From: Gnetum montanum
Lineage: Eukaryota; Plantae; Gnetophyta
Direction of reading: 5' to 3'
NCBI GenBank assembly: GCA_015680685.1
Contig: MNCI01002453.1
Location: forward strand, 247,710-311,709
DNA length: 64,000 bases
In this document: piece after piece, positions 24,297 through 38,910 of the stretch
Layout: every line of letters begins with the position of its first letter
Position numbering within the stretch: the first letter of the stretch is position 1
Notes under the pieces: model-generated
Databases searched by the model: none
Told to the model about the DNA's origin: nothing
What the model saw: only the letters and a program-made list of their open reading frames with translations
Made by a program: the position numbers and the translations under genes

Positions 24297-27200
24297 GGAG
24301 TAAACTTAATTTGAGGGCTGGTTTGACTAGATGCTCTATCTCTCTTAAGGATTAGGTCGACTACTTGAAACACTTTGGCAACATATTTCTTATCAAACCA
24401 TTTTTTGACAATGTATTAATGACTAAATAAATTTTTGATTGCTTTGATCCTTTTCAGGTCTAAATTCCAAATATCATATGTACATGATATTAAATATTCG
24501 TTAGTTGGTAAATAGTCTAAGAAAAATTGATATGTCAGAATTTGAAAATTTATTGGCAATATTGGTTCTTGTCCATACACTAAATCATATGGTGTTGTTT
24601 TAATGAATTCTTTATAATGAATCCTATTCATCTAGACTACCCATTTTAGTTGTTCATGCCAAGTTTGTGGGTTTTGGGCTATCATTTTCTTAATTTCATT
24701 CAATATAATTTTGTTGGAGGACTCAACCAAACCATTACCTTGTGGATAATATGTAGTTATAGCCTTGATCATAACATTATGCTCTCTAGCCCAATTTCTA
24801 AACTCTATGGAGATGAAGGTGGGTCTGTTGTTGACTACTAAAGCGTAAGGATACCAATATATAGAGATTATATCATTTTATAATATGTGAATAACCTCAC
24901 AAGATGATATGGTTTTAGTTGCTTTTTCTTCTAACTAATGTGTGCAATCATCAATGGTTGTTAAGATAAATTTGTGTAGGGTAGTGGACAAAGGATTAAT
25001 AACTCCAATAAAATCTAAAGCCCATTATGCAAATGGTCTAGTTTCTATTATAGGCTGTAAAGGGGATAAACTCTTGGGGTCTTTACCCTTAAATATTTGA
25101 CATTGGCCACAATTTCTAACTAGGTTGTAAGTTTTATTGATCATAGTGGGCCAATAATAACCAGCTCTCATGATTTTATGAACTAACGATCCTATATGTC
25201 CTTCCTCATGGAGCTATTTTAAAGCATTGTTAGCTTCATCTTGGTTTAAGCACTTAAGGTATATTCTTTGGAAATTCTTTCTAAAAAGTTCACCACTAAT
25301 TAGAGTAAATTTAGAACATTTCAATACTAAAAGCTTTCTTTTATATCAAGGTAAACTCGAAGGATAATGATGAAAGGTTAAATAAAATTTAATATCATCA
25401 TATCATGGATCATGCAAGTGATTGGGAGCAAGTGGAATATCATTTTCCTCATCAATGGATAATATGTGAAGAGGAATTAATTCTTCATCTTTGGGTGCAT
25501 CACAATTTTCTAAAGTTGAGGCTTTGGTAATTAGCTTGGAAAGACTAGTTCCTCTAACTAACTTGGCTACCTTTCATTGAATATCGCATTCTTGCAACTT
25601 CATAACCCATTTAGCATGTTTTTCACTAGGATCTTGTAATTTAGCTAAAGCAATGGTGGTTGGGTTAGGGACAATGACAAAAACCTTTGCATTTAATAAG
25701 TACTAGTGAAATTTCTTTAAGGCTTTTATCACAACATACAATTGCTTTTCTATGGATAAGTATTTTAATTCTGCATTCTTTAAAGGTGTAGACATGAAAG
25801 CTATGGATCTCTCACCTTGATCAAATACATCTTGGGTTAAGATAGCAGTGGTAGTAATAATGCTAAGAGAAAGTAATTTTTGTACCAAGGAGAAGCTATG
25901 ATAGGGGCATCTATAATGGCCTCTTTAATAGTAAGGAAAGCATTCTTTCTTTCATTTGTCTAGTGCATATTACTATCCTTCTTAAGCATCTCATTCAATG
26001 GTCTAACCAATTCAACATAGATAGGGATAAATCATCTAAAAAAGTTAATTTTCCCAAAGAAAGCCCTTAGATCAATATTAGATAAAAGGTAAGGTACTTC
26101 TAAAATTTCATTGACCCACTCAGGATCAATCGCAATCCCTTCTACTACATGACCTATAAATTTACCACTTTGAACGTCATAGATGGATTTCTTTGCATTC
26201 AAAGTGATGTAGAATTGACTACATCTTATAAAAATATTTTTAAGGTCTCTAAGGTATGTACCCTGATCCTTGGAGAAAATGGTTAAATTATCTAGGTAAA
26301 TAATAATGCACTTCCTAATTAGCCCCTCAAAAGTTTTGTCCATAGCTCTTTAAAAGGTAGAACTAACATTTATGAGACCAAAGGGCATTTTAGGGAATTG
26401 AAAAGTTCCCCATTTTGTCTTAAAAGCTATTTTATACTAGTCTTTCTTATTCACTAAGATTTGATTATATCCTAAATATCCTTCTAAAAAGAAATACATT
26501 TAAGCACCATTCACGATTTGTAATATCTCCTCCATAAGAGGGACTAGATATAATTATCCTTAATGCAATAAGTATTAAGGTTACAAAAATTAATACATAA
26601 CCTTAACTAACGAATTCATTTGCTAATAGGCATGAAGTTTCATATCCAACTTGAATGTATCACGGGGTAAATAATTTTGGATTCTAGGAACTTATCAAAT
26701 TCTACTTTCATGAGGGCTTCAATCTTTGGATTTATAGGTCTAAGTTTTTGCCTAAATGATTTCATTTTTGGCTTAAGGGGGATCATATGTGTCATCGCTA
26801 ATGGATTGAAAGTTCTAAGATCTTTGTAAGTCCAAGACAAAACATCATTAAACTCATGTAGTAATTTAACTAAGCTTTGCCTTTCATCTAGATGTAAACA
26901 AATCCATATTTTAATAGGGTATTATCATCCTTTCTTTTGAATCTAAATTGTTTTAGTTTTAGCTAACATTTGTCAATTAGTATTTTTAGATAAGTCTATG
27001 GTGTTGGTATGTAAGTCATCAAATAATGCTTCCCTAGCTACTATTTTAGGAGATATTTGTTTAAGAGTATAACATCCTTTGATATATCTCCTTGATCACT
27101 AAATTCTCTTTCAAAAAATAAAAATTTACAAACATGATTATCATCATCAAATACTAAAAAAAGAAAAGACATTATCAGGAATACAACAAGACTTAACTTT

Positions 27201-29261
27201 TTCAATAATAATTTCTAAATCCCAAGAATTGTGTTTTAAAAGAACATCCAAAGTAGTGGTCATTTGGGCTAGTGCATCGGGAACATACTTTTCTTCTCTT
27301 AGTATATGTTCAATGGTTATGTGTTCGAACTCTTTAAAGAGTTCAAGAATACAAGCTTTATATGCTTTCATGATGACATCTTTATTGTCAAAGATTCCAT
27401 TGACTTGATTTAGTATTAGTTGAGAGTCACTATAAATTTTAAGTTTGGGTAGGTCATAATGTTGAGCTAGCTTGATCCCATATATAAGTGCTTCATATTC
27501 AACCATGTTTTTAGTCATAGGTTGTGTGAAATTGATGGCTTTAAGGATAGGGACTTTGCTAGGAGGTACAAGCATTATTCTTGCTCCACATCCTTTTTTG
27601 GAAGAGGCATCATCCACTCTTCATATCCAAGTGTTTCAATCCTTTGATTATGGTAACAATGATCATAATCAAAATTTGGCTCATTTTCTAATGTTTCATT
27701 GGTTAGAATCTCATTTATATCCTTATAATTTCCTAATGATGGCGGGTCATTGAAAAGAAATGTTCTTTCATCATGTTGGTGGTATGGCAAGGTATCTTCA
27801 TAAACTTCTTCGCACTCTCTAAAAGCTTGGTAATATTGGATAGAACATGTGTACGCAAAAGGGTTTATGCCTAAAGTTTCACCTATATCATCATTCATCA
27901 CATATTCATCAAGTCCTAGCTCAACAACTCCAACAAAAATATTAGTGTTTTGATTTCCCAAAGAATTATTCTGTTGATTGAAAGTTGTTACCACTTTTTT
28001 ATAAAAAGGTTCTCTTGGTATAATCATATATTCAGATTTTCTTTTGATAGGGATTAATAATTCTAAGAAATTTGACCTAAAAAAGCCTCCAAACTTGGCT
28101 CCAAAAGTCTTATATAAGAGCACATCATAAGTGGGTGACATATCAACTACTAAGATATTCGTATAACATATAAATGCAGGGTATTGTTTAAGTTTTACTT
28201 TCACTCCTTTTAATGATCCTACTATAGGTACATTAGATCCATCAAGTTGTATCACACGTCTTGCTTATGGGAGCATTCATGCCCCTAATATTTTACATAC
28301 GTCAAGTGGCATGAAACTAATAGTTGTGCTAGAATCCATTAAACAATTATAAACATTCTTTCCTAAAATAATTAGAGTTGTTAGAAAAGGAGGTTGATAT
28401 TTCTTGTTTGACATGGAGTTGCTCACATTTTGTATTGACAATGCATTAGGACTTTTTGTAAAATAAACTTGCCTTTTAGTTGCTGGAGATTTTTCTATAT
28501 TGGTTTCAAATTTATGAGCTATCTTTTGAATCACATCTTTCATTTCATTAAAATGTAGAAGGTCATACATTGAAATGTTGGCTTTATTTTTTTTTCAAAT
28601 CCTCAACTAAATCATAAGTCTTATGTTCATTCTTGGCTTCTTATTGAGGTGGGGTTCTTCCAGGTATTGAAGGGGAGTTCAGTCATTGTGGGACGTTTGC
28701 TTGGGATGGCCTAGTTTGGTTGTTTATGTTGTTTTGACTAGGAACTCTTCTATTTGGGGGAATATAAGGATTATTCCTAGTTTTCTGTTGTGTGGTATTC
28801 ATAATGTCACTAAGTCTATAGTAGTGAGTGTCATGTGGGTTGGGATCACTTACCATGACTTGTTCAAATGAAGGAACTTCCTCATTTTCTATTTCATGAG
28901 GTATGTTTAAGACCATAATTGGGGTTTTCCCATTTTGTTAACTTTGGGCATTGTCACCATATAATGCTAAAAATTTAGAACAAGTTTTCTCAAAATGTTG
29001 CTTAGTTTTGTGAAGATGAAAATAATTGTCATTGATCAATGTACTTGGTTTTTTAGATTATATAGAAACATTGTTGTTGTTTCTCTTTAGTTCAACTACT
29101 TCATTGGAAAACTTTTGAGTTCAACTACTTCATTGGAAAACTTTTGAATTGAAGTTAATATTTGGGTCATTTGATTTTGAGTTTGAGTTATAGATCCAAT
29201 AGGATTGGATATACCATTTGGGTTTATAATGGATTGGATTAAGGCTTTCAATTGGTCATCA

Positions 29262-29392
29262 NNNNNNNNNNNNNNNNNNNNNNNNNNNNNNNNNNNNNNN
29301 NNNNNNNNNNNNNNNNNNNNNNNNNNNNNNNNNNNNNNNNNNNNNNNNNNNNNNNNNNNNNNNNNNNNNNNNNNNNNNNNNNNNNNNNNNNN
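29262..29392. other. Assembly gap (N run)
   Basis: Ns. Confidence 1.
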
Positions 29393-30752
29393 AGAGGTAG
29401 AGGACTAGATTACATAGGGTTACTAACATTCATCAAGGTAATTTATTCCAACTCAATAGCTTTAGCCATTGCTCATTGTATTTCCAATATGTTAGGGTTA
29501 GATTTAATGACATAGGTGAAGAATGGATCGATGGTAGAGAGGTAGAAATTGAGGATACCATTAGGTTGTGGACACATCTCATTTGGCACATAGGGAAGTT
29601 AATGGAGGAATCTTAAGTTGTAGTCATGGACATTTTTCTTAGGTATTTTCCTTAAGCTTGTGAAATTGCTTGATGCTATGGTAGCGCTAGTGAACCTATT
29701 GAATTGACGTAGGAACTTATTTTTAAACTCTTGCCATCAGTTAATAGAGGCATTTGGGAGCATCAAAAACCATTGGGTGGCTTTGCTCATGAAAGTTCTC
29801 ACAAATGCCCTATATGCTATGTCATTTTGGATAATGTTATGGATGCCAAGTAAGGTTTCAAAACATTGTATATGTTGGCTGACATCACTAGTAGGGGTTG
29901 TGGGATCATAGAACAAATTTATGTTCTGAAGTGATTTCAGAATATCATGATAGTTGGTGAAGTTAAAGGGGTTGCTTGCCAAGGGAGTTGAGGGTTGATT
30001 GGTTGCCATCCTAGTTTGAGTTCTTTTAGGGATAGAGCTTGGAAATCATGAAGCTCATTGTTTTCTTAAAGTGAAATGACATGTAACTAGTCAACTAGGG
30101 ATAGAAGTAGAAGCTCTATGTTGAGATGTTCTATAGGAAGATTCGCTCATAAAATGAAAATTAACAGGAAATGTAAAATGCTAATAAACTATAAAAAGTA
30201 AAGAAACTAGAAAAATATTTAAATGCTATATTTTTAATTTTTATTTTAAAAAGAAAATTGAAATTGCAAATAAAACAAAAAATGAGGAATTTTTGAAAAG
30301 TAAATTTTTTTAAAAATGATGTAAATTACCTCAGCAAAGTTGGAGTTGAGGTAAGGACCTCTAGAATATAAATATGGGGACCTAAAAATGAAACTAAAAT
30401 AGAGAAATAAAACTAAAAAATAGGTGACTATTAATTGGAACTGGTGTAAAAAATGAGCTACTAAAGGTTTTAAGTAACTTGATCAGAAATTGAAATAGGA
30501 AAATAAACTAGATTTTCGAAACAAGAAAACAAGAACTAAAGATGGATGAATGTTAACAAGAACAGGGAATAGAAATTTTGAAAAACTAGAAAATACAGAA
30601 ATTTTTAGAATTTGTAAATTGATAACTAAGAATAGAAACAAAAATGACAATAGGAAATCAAAAATGGAAACAAATAGTGCAAATAAACAGGAAAAAATAG
30701 AAAAAAATGATATTTTTAGAAACAAAAAGGGAAAATAGAGGTTGGAAAATTA

Positions 30753-30769
30753 CCCTTCTTCTAGCACCA
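30753..30769 (-). promoter_or_regulatory. PBS (tRNA-Asn type) of C1
   Basis: Minus strand TGGTGCTAGAAGAAGGG. Confidence 0.8.
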
Positions 30770-30775
30770 AAAAGG

Positions 30776-32630
30776 TGTTGATGGGTACATTTTGGACACA
30801 CTGACACCAAGAAAAAAAATCATTTAGAGAGACTATCACCTATGGTGCCTCTCGTATGGGTATGAAAACCTGGGAATAGTCTCAATTGGAAAGGGAAATG
30901 TAACGTTCAAAACATTTTTGAATAAAAAGGCCAAACAAAGTTTGAATATCAAATAGACTTTAAATTCTAAGCATTACGCGAGTTCCTTCTAATAGTGAAT
31001 TCACATAAAGGTGAGGAAAAAAAGTAGATGATGGCTAAAAAAAATCTGAACAAATAATGGAAGCAAATAGACCATAAAAAAAGAAGGTGTTAAGACTTCT
31101 TCTTGTTTAGTATCCAAGTGCAAAAACAATAGTACTTGTAAATCGAGGGCCATGGGAGATTTGCCACCAGTGTTGATGTGTTTCACACACTGTCTGCTAC
31201 CACCTACTATTGATGCACCCTCTGCTACCACTTGTTGTTGGTTATGCTTGCCAAGAGAGAGAGGCCTGGAACCCCCAAAGGTCACCTACTGTTTACATCT
31301 TTGATGTGCCATCATTTTTGCTCACCACCACGTACACATTGTTTTCTATGCCTACAGCTAACTAACTAGCATGCACATGAAAATCATTGATTATAGCTCT
31401 TGCTATTATAGTCCACAACATCTCTGTTCACACCTCTAATGCACATAACTATTTGCTCATTGTCATTTGCTTACTCCTACTACCCGCTGGCTACTGACCA
31501 CCGCACACCTATCCACCACCTGCAACTCATGTCACATCAATTCATCCATGAGAGAGAGAGAAAAAAATATTGTTGTTCCTTGCCATGCCATCAATTATGC
31601 CCATCAACACATCTATTACCAATGTGTAACCTTTGCATGATTGCCACCACCATTTGCTATTACAGCTTCTTGGTGCTCACTCTACACTATAAGCTTAATG
31701 ATTAATTAGTCATTTAATTACATCATTACTTTGTATTCGAAGGCTCCACCACTTGTTGTAGATAGTAGATACAAATGAGATGGGATTATCTTGGCAAAAA
31801 CCAATTATGAAACATCATTACCATTTCCATTCACCGTGACATGTCTAATTTGTTTTTTGGGAACAAAACTTTGTAAACCTTGTGAGTCGGATAACCAATC
31901 CATGGGCTTGATTTGTGAGTCACAAATAGGGGTTATTAAGATGTCTGCATTGAATAAAAAGGAGGAAAGGTTTATGGATATTATAGGACATGATTCTTCT
32001 ACCCACAACTACCATTTGAACCAATGTAGCAGCCTAAACTAGTGCTTTGCATCTTGGGATGCCTAACATGATATAGTATTGACTCACAAGTCATGAATAT
32101 AATCACTGGAAATTGATTTCATTTGAGTCTACTTCTTAAGGAATTAAAAAGCTATGTGATATTCTAAATACTCACTTCAGAGCAATGTGAGGTCACTTGG
32201 ATCAACATAGAGTAGAGAACCTATGATACCTAAAGAGGAATTGGTTATGGATGCATCCAACTTTTCAATGACTTATAGACTATAGTCATGATGAAGATAA
32301 GTCAATCCATAGGCTAATTCTCTAGGTACCCAAGTTTAGAGGAACTAGTAACCCATTGTTTCTACACTCTACAATGAAGTAGAGAATGAAGGGTACTATT
32401 ACTCATTGAAGGCATTATTATAGCCTCTACATTATCAAACCACAAAACCGTGATAATTTCGATAATGTTCCTATGTATAAATTGTATTAGGATTTGACAA
32501 TGTTCCTAAATTATTTTAAGAGAATGCCTCATACTAATATGGATTTTCTTTGCATGAAAATGTCAAACCCTAATGATTTTACTAATAAGTCATGGCCCCA
32601 TGTCTAGCATGGAAGATGTTGGCATTAACA
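30776..32630 (-). repeat. C-family LTR shared by C1 and C2
   Basis: TGTTGATG...CATTAACA; PBS on the left and PPT (plus strand CATAGCCCCCAAACT) on the right; collinear with 38911-40776. Confidence 0.88.
32190..32560 (-). pseudogene. Captured LRR-receptor-kinase (LRR-XII-like) kinase-domain fragment inside the LTR
   Basis: HRNIIEI...KAII..SMSN..LHSLLH...ELAYGLTYLHHDY...TNSSLGIIGSLLYVDP. Confidence 0.7.
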
Positions 32631-35600
32631 CATAGCCCCCAAACTAGAAATTACATGCAAGTGCAAGGAACAATGAAACCATAGAAATTTTAAAAGAAGA
32701 TGGAAAAGATAGAGAATCAAAAAGATCATAAAACATAGATAAATTGATATTTTAAAGTAAAATATATTGATCTAAACATGATTAAAATAACCATATAATC
32801 AAGAGAGAACTAAACGTGGGCCATCCTTATGACACCACCTTATTTAATCAAGATTAAAATGTATACTCTTTATAAATCATAACTTTAACTACATATNTGG
32901 ATGAAAAGTGATTATTTGCTTTTCTTTTATTTTTAAATTTTGAGGAAATAGGTTCAAAAGGGGAATGGAGGCTAGGGTGAGGATTGCTACCAAACCCCAT
33001 AACATTCAAGAACTTATTACACTACCAATGAACATGGTCCTTATTCTTTTTATTTTGTTTCTCTTTTTTTTAGGCAAACTTGCTCATGGTGTACTTTATT
33101 CTTAAGATAGGAATTCCAACATGAGTTTGGATGATTAGGTGCACTTCTAAAGAACATGACCCTTTTGGAAATTTGCCCATGATTTAGTTTAACCCTCATG
33201 TATGTGACTTTTAATTACAATCTAGATGGCATCATAAGAGGTCTCTTGGGTGCCTAGGGTTCTTAAGCGGAGATGAACACACTTCAACCTATAGGATAGC
33301 TATGGATCATCACACCTAAAGGTTGGGGCTTATGAGAAGGAAAATGACATTTTCCAAGGTTACCTAGTGATTGTGGCTAATCATTTTCCAACGTTACATA
33401 TCTTACATTCAAATAATCATGATGATAACATGATAGGTTAGCACAAATCCCATCCTCCATAATCCAACATAATTAATAAAACTAAAACCTTGACATAGAT
33501 TGGGAAGAATCATAACATTATTGAAATATATCATATAAAGGATATTTTATGTAATAGTAATAGGATATATCATATAAAGCATTATACTTGAATTATTTTC
33601 TAATGGTGTTATGATGACCTAATTCTTAGTAACTCAAATGACCATAATGATTAATTAAATCATCTTAAAAAGGATAAATGAAACCAAAACCATTATGCTA
33701 AGAAAGAAATGATGGAAATGCAAAGAAAATATGAAAATGCAACTATATACAAATGAAATGCAAGGCAAAGGGGAAGAGAACATGTAACTAAGGATCTGTG
33801 GGGTGTCCATGTGGGGCACCTGAGTAGAAATGCTTTTGATGAAATGCATTAAAATTTCTAGGTAACTTATATCCTTGAAAATTAGCATATTTTTAAGCAT
33901 TGGGGCCAATGACATCTATAACTTGGAATGGACCTAACCACATAGGAGTAAACTTAGTTTGAGGGCTAGTTTGGCTAGATGCTCTATCTCTCTTAAGGAC
34001 CAGGTTGCCTACTTGAAACACTTTGGCTGCATATTTCTTATCAAATGATTTTTTGATAGTTTTTTGATGACTATATAGATTTTTGATTACTTTGACCCTT
34101 TTAAGCTCTAGATTCCAAATATCATATGTACATGATATTAAATGTTCGTTAGTTGGTAAATAGTCTAGGAAACACTGATATGTCAGAATTTCCAAATTTA
34201 TTGGCAATATTGGGTCTTGTTTGTACACTAAATCATATGGTATCATTTTGATCAATTCTTTATAATGAATCTTATCCACCCAAACTTCCCATTTTACTAT
34301 CCTATCCAGTGCACATTACTATCCTTCTTAAGCATCTCATTCAATGGTTTAACCAATTTAGCATAGATAGGAATAAATCATCTAACAAGGTTCATTTTCC
34401 CAAAGATAGCCCTCATATTAGTCTTAGATAAAGGGTAAGGTACTTCTAAAATTGCATTGACTTACTTAGGATCAATTGCAATCCCTTCCTTAGTTACTAT
34501 ATGACCTAGAAATTTACCACTTTGAACACTGAATATGAATTTCTTTGCATTCAAAGTGATGCCAAATGATCTACATCTTATAAAAATATTTCTAAGGTCT
34601 CTAAGGTGTGCATCCTGATCCTTGGAGAAAATGGTTAAATCATCTAGGTAAATAATAATACACTTCCTAATTAGCCTCTCAAAAGTTTTATTCATAGATC
34701 TTTGAAAGGTAGAACTAGCATTTATGAGACCAAAGGGCATTTTAGTGAATTGAAAAGTTTCTAATTTTTTCATAAATGTCATTTTATATTGGTCTTTCTT
34801 ATTCACTAATATTTGATAATATCCTAAATATTCTTCTAAAAAAGAAATACATTTGAGCACCATTCACAATTTGTAATAGCTCCTCCATAAGAGGAAGTGG
34901 ATAATCATCCTTAATGCAAGAAGTATTAAGGATTTGAAAATTAATACATAATCTTAACTCACCAGTTCGTTTCCTAATGGGCTCTAAGTTTGATATCTAA
35001 CTTAAATATCTCATGGGATAAATAATTTTATATTCTAGAAGCTTATCGATTTTTTCTTTCATGAGGACTTCAATCTTTGGATTTATAGGTCTAAGTTTTT
35101 GCCTAAATGATTTCATTTTTGGCTTAAGGGGGATCTTATGTGTCATCACTAATGGGTTGAAAGTTCTAAGATATTAAAAATTCCAAGCCAAAACATCATT
35201 AAACTCGTGTAGCAATTCAACTAGGCTTTACCTTTCATCTGCATGTAAACAAACTCCTATTTTAACAAGGTATTGTCATCCTTTCTTTTGAATCTGAATT
35301 GTTTTGGTTTCAGCTAACATTTTCCAATTATTATTTTTAGATAAGTCTATGGCTTTGGTATGTATGTCATTAAAGAATTATTCCCTAGTTGCCATTTCAG
35401 GATATATTTTATTTAAGAATATAACATCCTTTGATAAATCTCCATGATCACTAAATTCTCTTTCAAAAAATAAAAATTTACAAACATGATTATCATCATC
35501 AAATACTAAAAAAAGAAAAGACATTATCAGGAATACAACAATACTTAACTTTTTCAATAATAATTTCTAAATCCCAAGAATTTTGTTTTAAAAGAACATC

Positions 35601-38600
35601 CAAAGTAGTGGTCATTTGGGCTAGTGCATCGGGAACATAATTTTCTTCTCTTAGTATATGTTCAATGGTTATGTGTTCGAAATCTTTAAAAAGTTCAAGA
35701 ATATAAGCTTTATATTCTTTCATGGTGACATCTTTATCATCAAAGATTCCATTGACTTGATTTACTATTAGTTGAGAGTCACTATAGATTTTAAGTTTGG
35801 GTAAGTCATAATGTTGAGCTAGCTTGATCCCATGTATAAGTGCTTCATATTCAACCATGTTGTTAGTCATAGGTTGTGTGAAATTTATGACTTTAAGGAT
35901 AGAGACTTCCCTAGGAGGTACAAGCATTATTCTTGCTCCACATCCTTTTTTTGGAAGAGGCATCATCCACTCTTATTATCCAAGTGTTTAAGTTAGTGAA
36001 ATCTAAAAAATCAACCCGTTGATCAAGGTAACAATGATCATCATCAAAATTTGGCTCATCTTATAATGTTTCATTAGTTAGAATCTCATTTATATCCTTA
36101 TAATTTCTTAATTATGGTGGATCATTGAAAAGAAAGGTTCTTTCATCATGTTGGTGGTATGGAAAAGTATCTTCATAAACTTCTTCACACTCTCTAAAAG
36201 CTTGGTAATATTGGGTAGAATATGTGTATGAAAAAGGGTTTATGCCTAAAGTTTTACCTATATCATCATTCATCAAATATTCATCAAGTCCTAGCTCAAA
36301 AACTTCAAAAATATTGGTATTTTGATTTCCCAAAGAATTATTCTATTGATTGAAAGTTGTTACCACTTTTTTATAAAAAGGTTCTCCTGGTATAATAATA
36401 TATTCAAATTTTCTTTTGATAGGGATTAATAATTATAAGAAATTTGACCTAAAGAAGCCCCAAATCTTGGCTCCAAAAGTCCTAGATAAGAGCAGACCAT
36501 AAGTGGTGACATATCAACTACTAAGATATCCATATAACATATAAATGTATGGTATTTTTTAAGTTGTACTTTCACTCATTTTAATGATCCTACTATAGGT
36601 ACATTAGATTCATAAAGTTGTATCACACTTCTTGCTTGTGGGATCATTCATGCCCCTAATGTTTTACATACCTCAATTGGCATGAAACTAATAGTTGTGC
36701 TAGAATCCATGAAAAAATTATGAACATTCTTTCCTAAAATAATTAGAGTTGTTAGGAAAGGAGGTTGATCTTTCTTATTCGACATGGATTTGCTCACATT
36801 TTGTATTGACAACGCATTAGGACTTTTTGTAAAATAAGCTTGCCTTTAGTTTTTTTTTAAATCCTCAACCAAATCATAAGTCTTATGTTTGTTCATGGCT
36901 TCATGTTGATGTGGAGTTCTTCTAGGTATGGAAGGGGAGTTCAGTGACCGTGGGGCATTTGCTTGGGATGGTCTTTTTTTGTTTTTTGTGTTGTTTTGAC
37001 TAGATTCTCTTCTATTTAGGGGAGTATAACGATTATTCCTAGTTTGTTGTTGTGTGGTGTTCATAATGTCACTACTCTACGGTAGCAAGTATGATGTGGG
37101 TTGGGATCACTTACCATGACTTGTTCAAATGAAGGAACTTCCTCGTTTTTTGTTTCATGAGGTATGTTCAAGACCATAATTGGGATTTTCCCATTTTGTT
37201 GACTTTGGGCATTGTCACCATATAATGCTAAAAATTGAGGACAAGTTTTCTTAGAATGTTGCTTATTGTTATGAAGATAATAATAATCATCATTGATTGA
37301 TGTACTTGGCTTTTCAGATTGTATAGGAACCTTGTTGTTATTTTTCTTTAGTTCAACTACTTCATTGGAAAGCTTTTAAAGTGAATTTAATATCTGGGTA
37401 ATTTGATTTTAAGTTTGAGTTGTAGATTCAACAAGATTGGATATCCCATTTGGATTAAGACTTTCGATTGGTCATCATTCAAACCAATAGTAGATGATAG
37501 AAATGAAGAAGACATTGAACTTTAAAAATAATTATTTAAGGTTGAGTCGGTTGAAGGAGTGGAGAAGTCTAAAACATAGTATTGGTCATTGGAAAAGTTG
37601 ATAGAGATAGAGGACTATATTGCATAGGGTTACTAACATTCATCATCCCAAATTGAGTTTGAATGCTATTCATGAAGGTAATTTATTCCAACTCAACAAC
37701 TTTAGCCATTGCTCCTTGTATTTTCGTTATGTTAGGATTAGATTTAATGGCATAGAAGAAGAATGGGTTGATGTTAGAAAGGTAGAAATTGAGAATAGCA
37801 TCACGTCTCATCACTATCGAACTGAAGTAGGAACTTATTTTTAAACTCTTTCCATGAGTTGATAGAGGCATTTAGGAGCATAAAAAACCATTGGGTGGCT
37901 TTGCTCTTGAAAGTTGTTAGAAATACCCTACATGCTATGTCATTTTGGACAATGTTAGAGATGCCTAATAAGGTTTCAAAATATTATATTTGTTAGCAGG
38001 CATCACTAGTAGGGTTTGTGGGATCAAAGAAAAAATTTATGTTTTAAAGCAATTTTAGAATATCATGATAGTTGGTGAAGTTAAAGGGATTTCTCACAAA
38101 GGGAGCTAGGGGTTGATTGTCTACCATCCTAGTTTGAGGTCTTTTAGGGATAGAACTTGGAAATCACAAAGCTCGTTGTTTTCTTAAAGTGAAATGACAT
38201 GTAGTTAGTTGACTATGGGTAGAAGTAGAAGCTCTATGTTGAGATGTTCTATAGGATGATTCAATCATAAAATGAAAACCAATAGGAAATGTAAAATGCT
38301 AATAAATTGTAAAAATTAAAGAAAATGAGAAATTATTTAAATACTATATTTTTTAATTTTATTTTAAAAGAAAAACTAAACATACAAATAAAACAGAAAA
38401 TGCAAAATTTTAGAAAAGTAAATTAAACAAAGAATGATGTAAATCACCTCACCAAAGTTGGAGCTGAGGTAAAAACTACCAGAGTATAAATTTGGAGATC
38501 TGAAAATGAAATTGAAATAGAGCAATAAAACTAAAAATAAGTGATTGTTAACCAAAAATAGATGATTGTTAATTGGAACCAATATAAAAAATGAGCCACT

Positions 38601-38910
38601 AAAGGTTTTAGGTAACTTAATCAAAAATTGAAATAGGAAAATAAACTAGATTTTTAGAACAAAAAAAAAAGAATTGAAGATGGATGAATGTTAATAAGAA
38701 CAGGCAATAGAAATTTTCAGAAACTAGAAAAACATAAATTTTCAAAATCTATAAGTTGGTAACTAAGAATAGAAATAGAAATGAAAATTGGAAAGAAAAA
38801 ATAGAAACAGATAGTGGAAATCAATGGGAAAGAATAGAAAAATTGATATTTTTAGAAAAAAAAAGGGGAAAAAAGGTTGGAAAACTACCCTCCTTCTAGT
38901 GCCAAAAGGG
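32631..38910 (-). mobile_element. Internal region of C2, a paralog of C1 with RH and the INT N-terminus deleted near 34300
   Basis: INT C-terminus 33893-34279 (KFTPMWLGPFQV), RT 34310-35270 (YLDD), aRH 35499-35966, PR, gag; PBS 38888-38904 (TGGCACTAGAAGGAGGG). Confidence 0.9.

Larger units (their letters stand above)
24297..30775 (-). mobile_element. Internal region of Tat-lineage element C1: gag (28600-30150), PR (27900-28570), aRH (27147-27620), RT (25930-26900), RH (25500-25900), INT (24297-25400)
   Basis: AYRAFVRTFMSKATQWF (gag); NCLMDSSTTISFMP (PR); DDASSKKGCGA...TKNMVEYEALIYG...YSDSQL (aRH); IIIYLDNLTIFSK (RT); ELKYLSIEKQLY (RH); TTPYDLVYGQEPILP (INT). Confidence 0.9.

Noticed and set aside
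29090-29147. Functional repeat in the C1 gag
   Set aside because: A simple ~28 bp tandem duplication near a gap and absent from C2; slippage or an assembly artefact.
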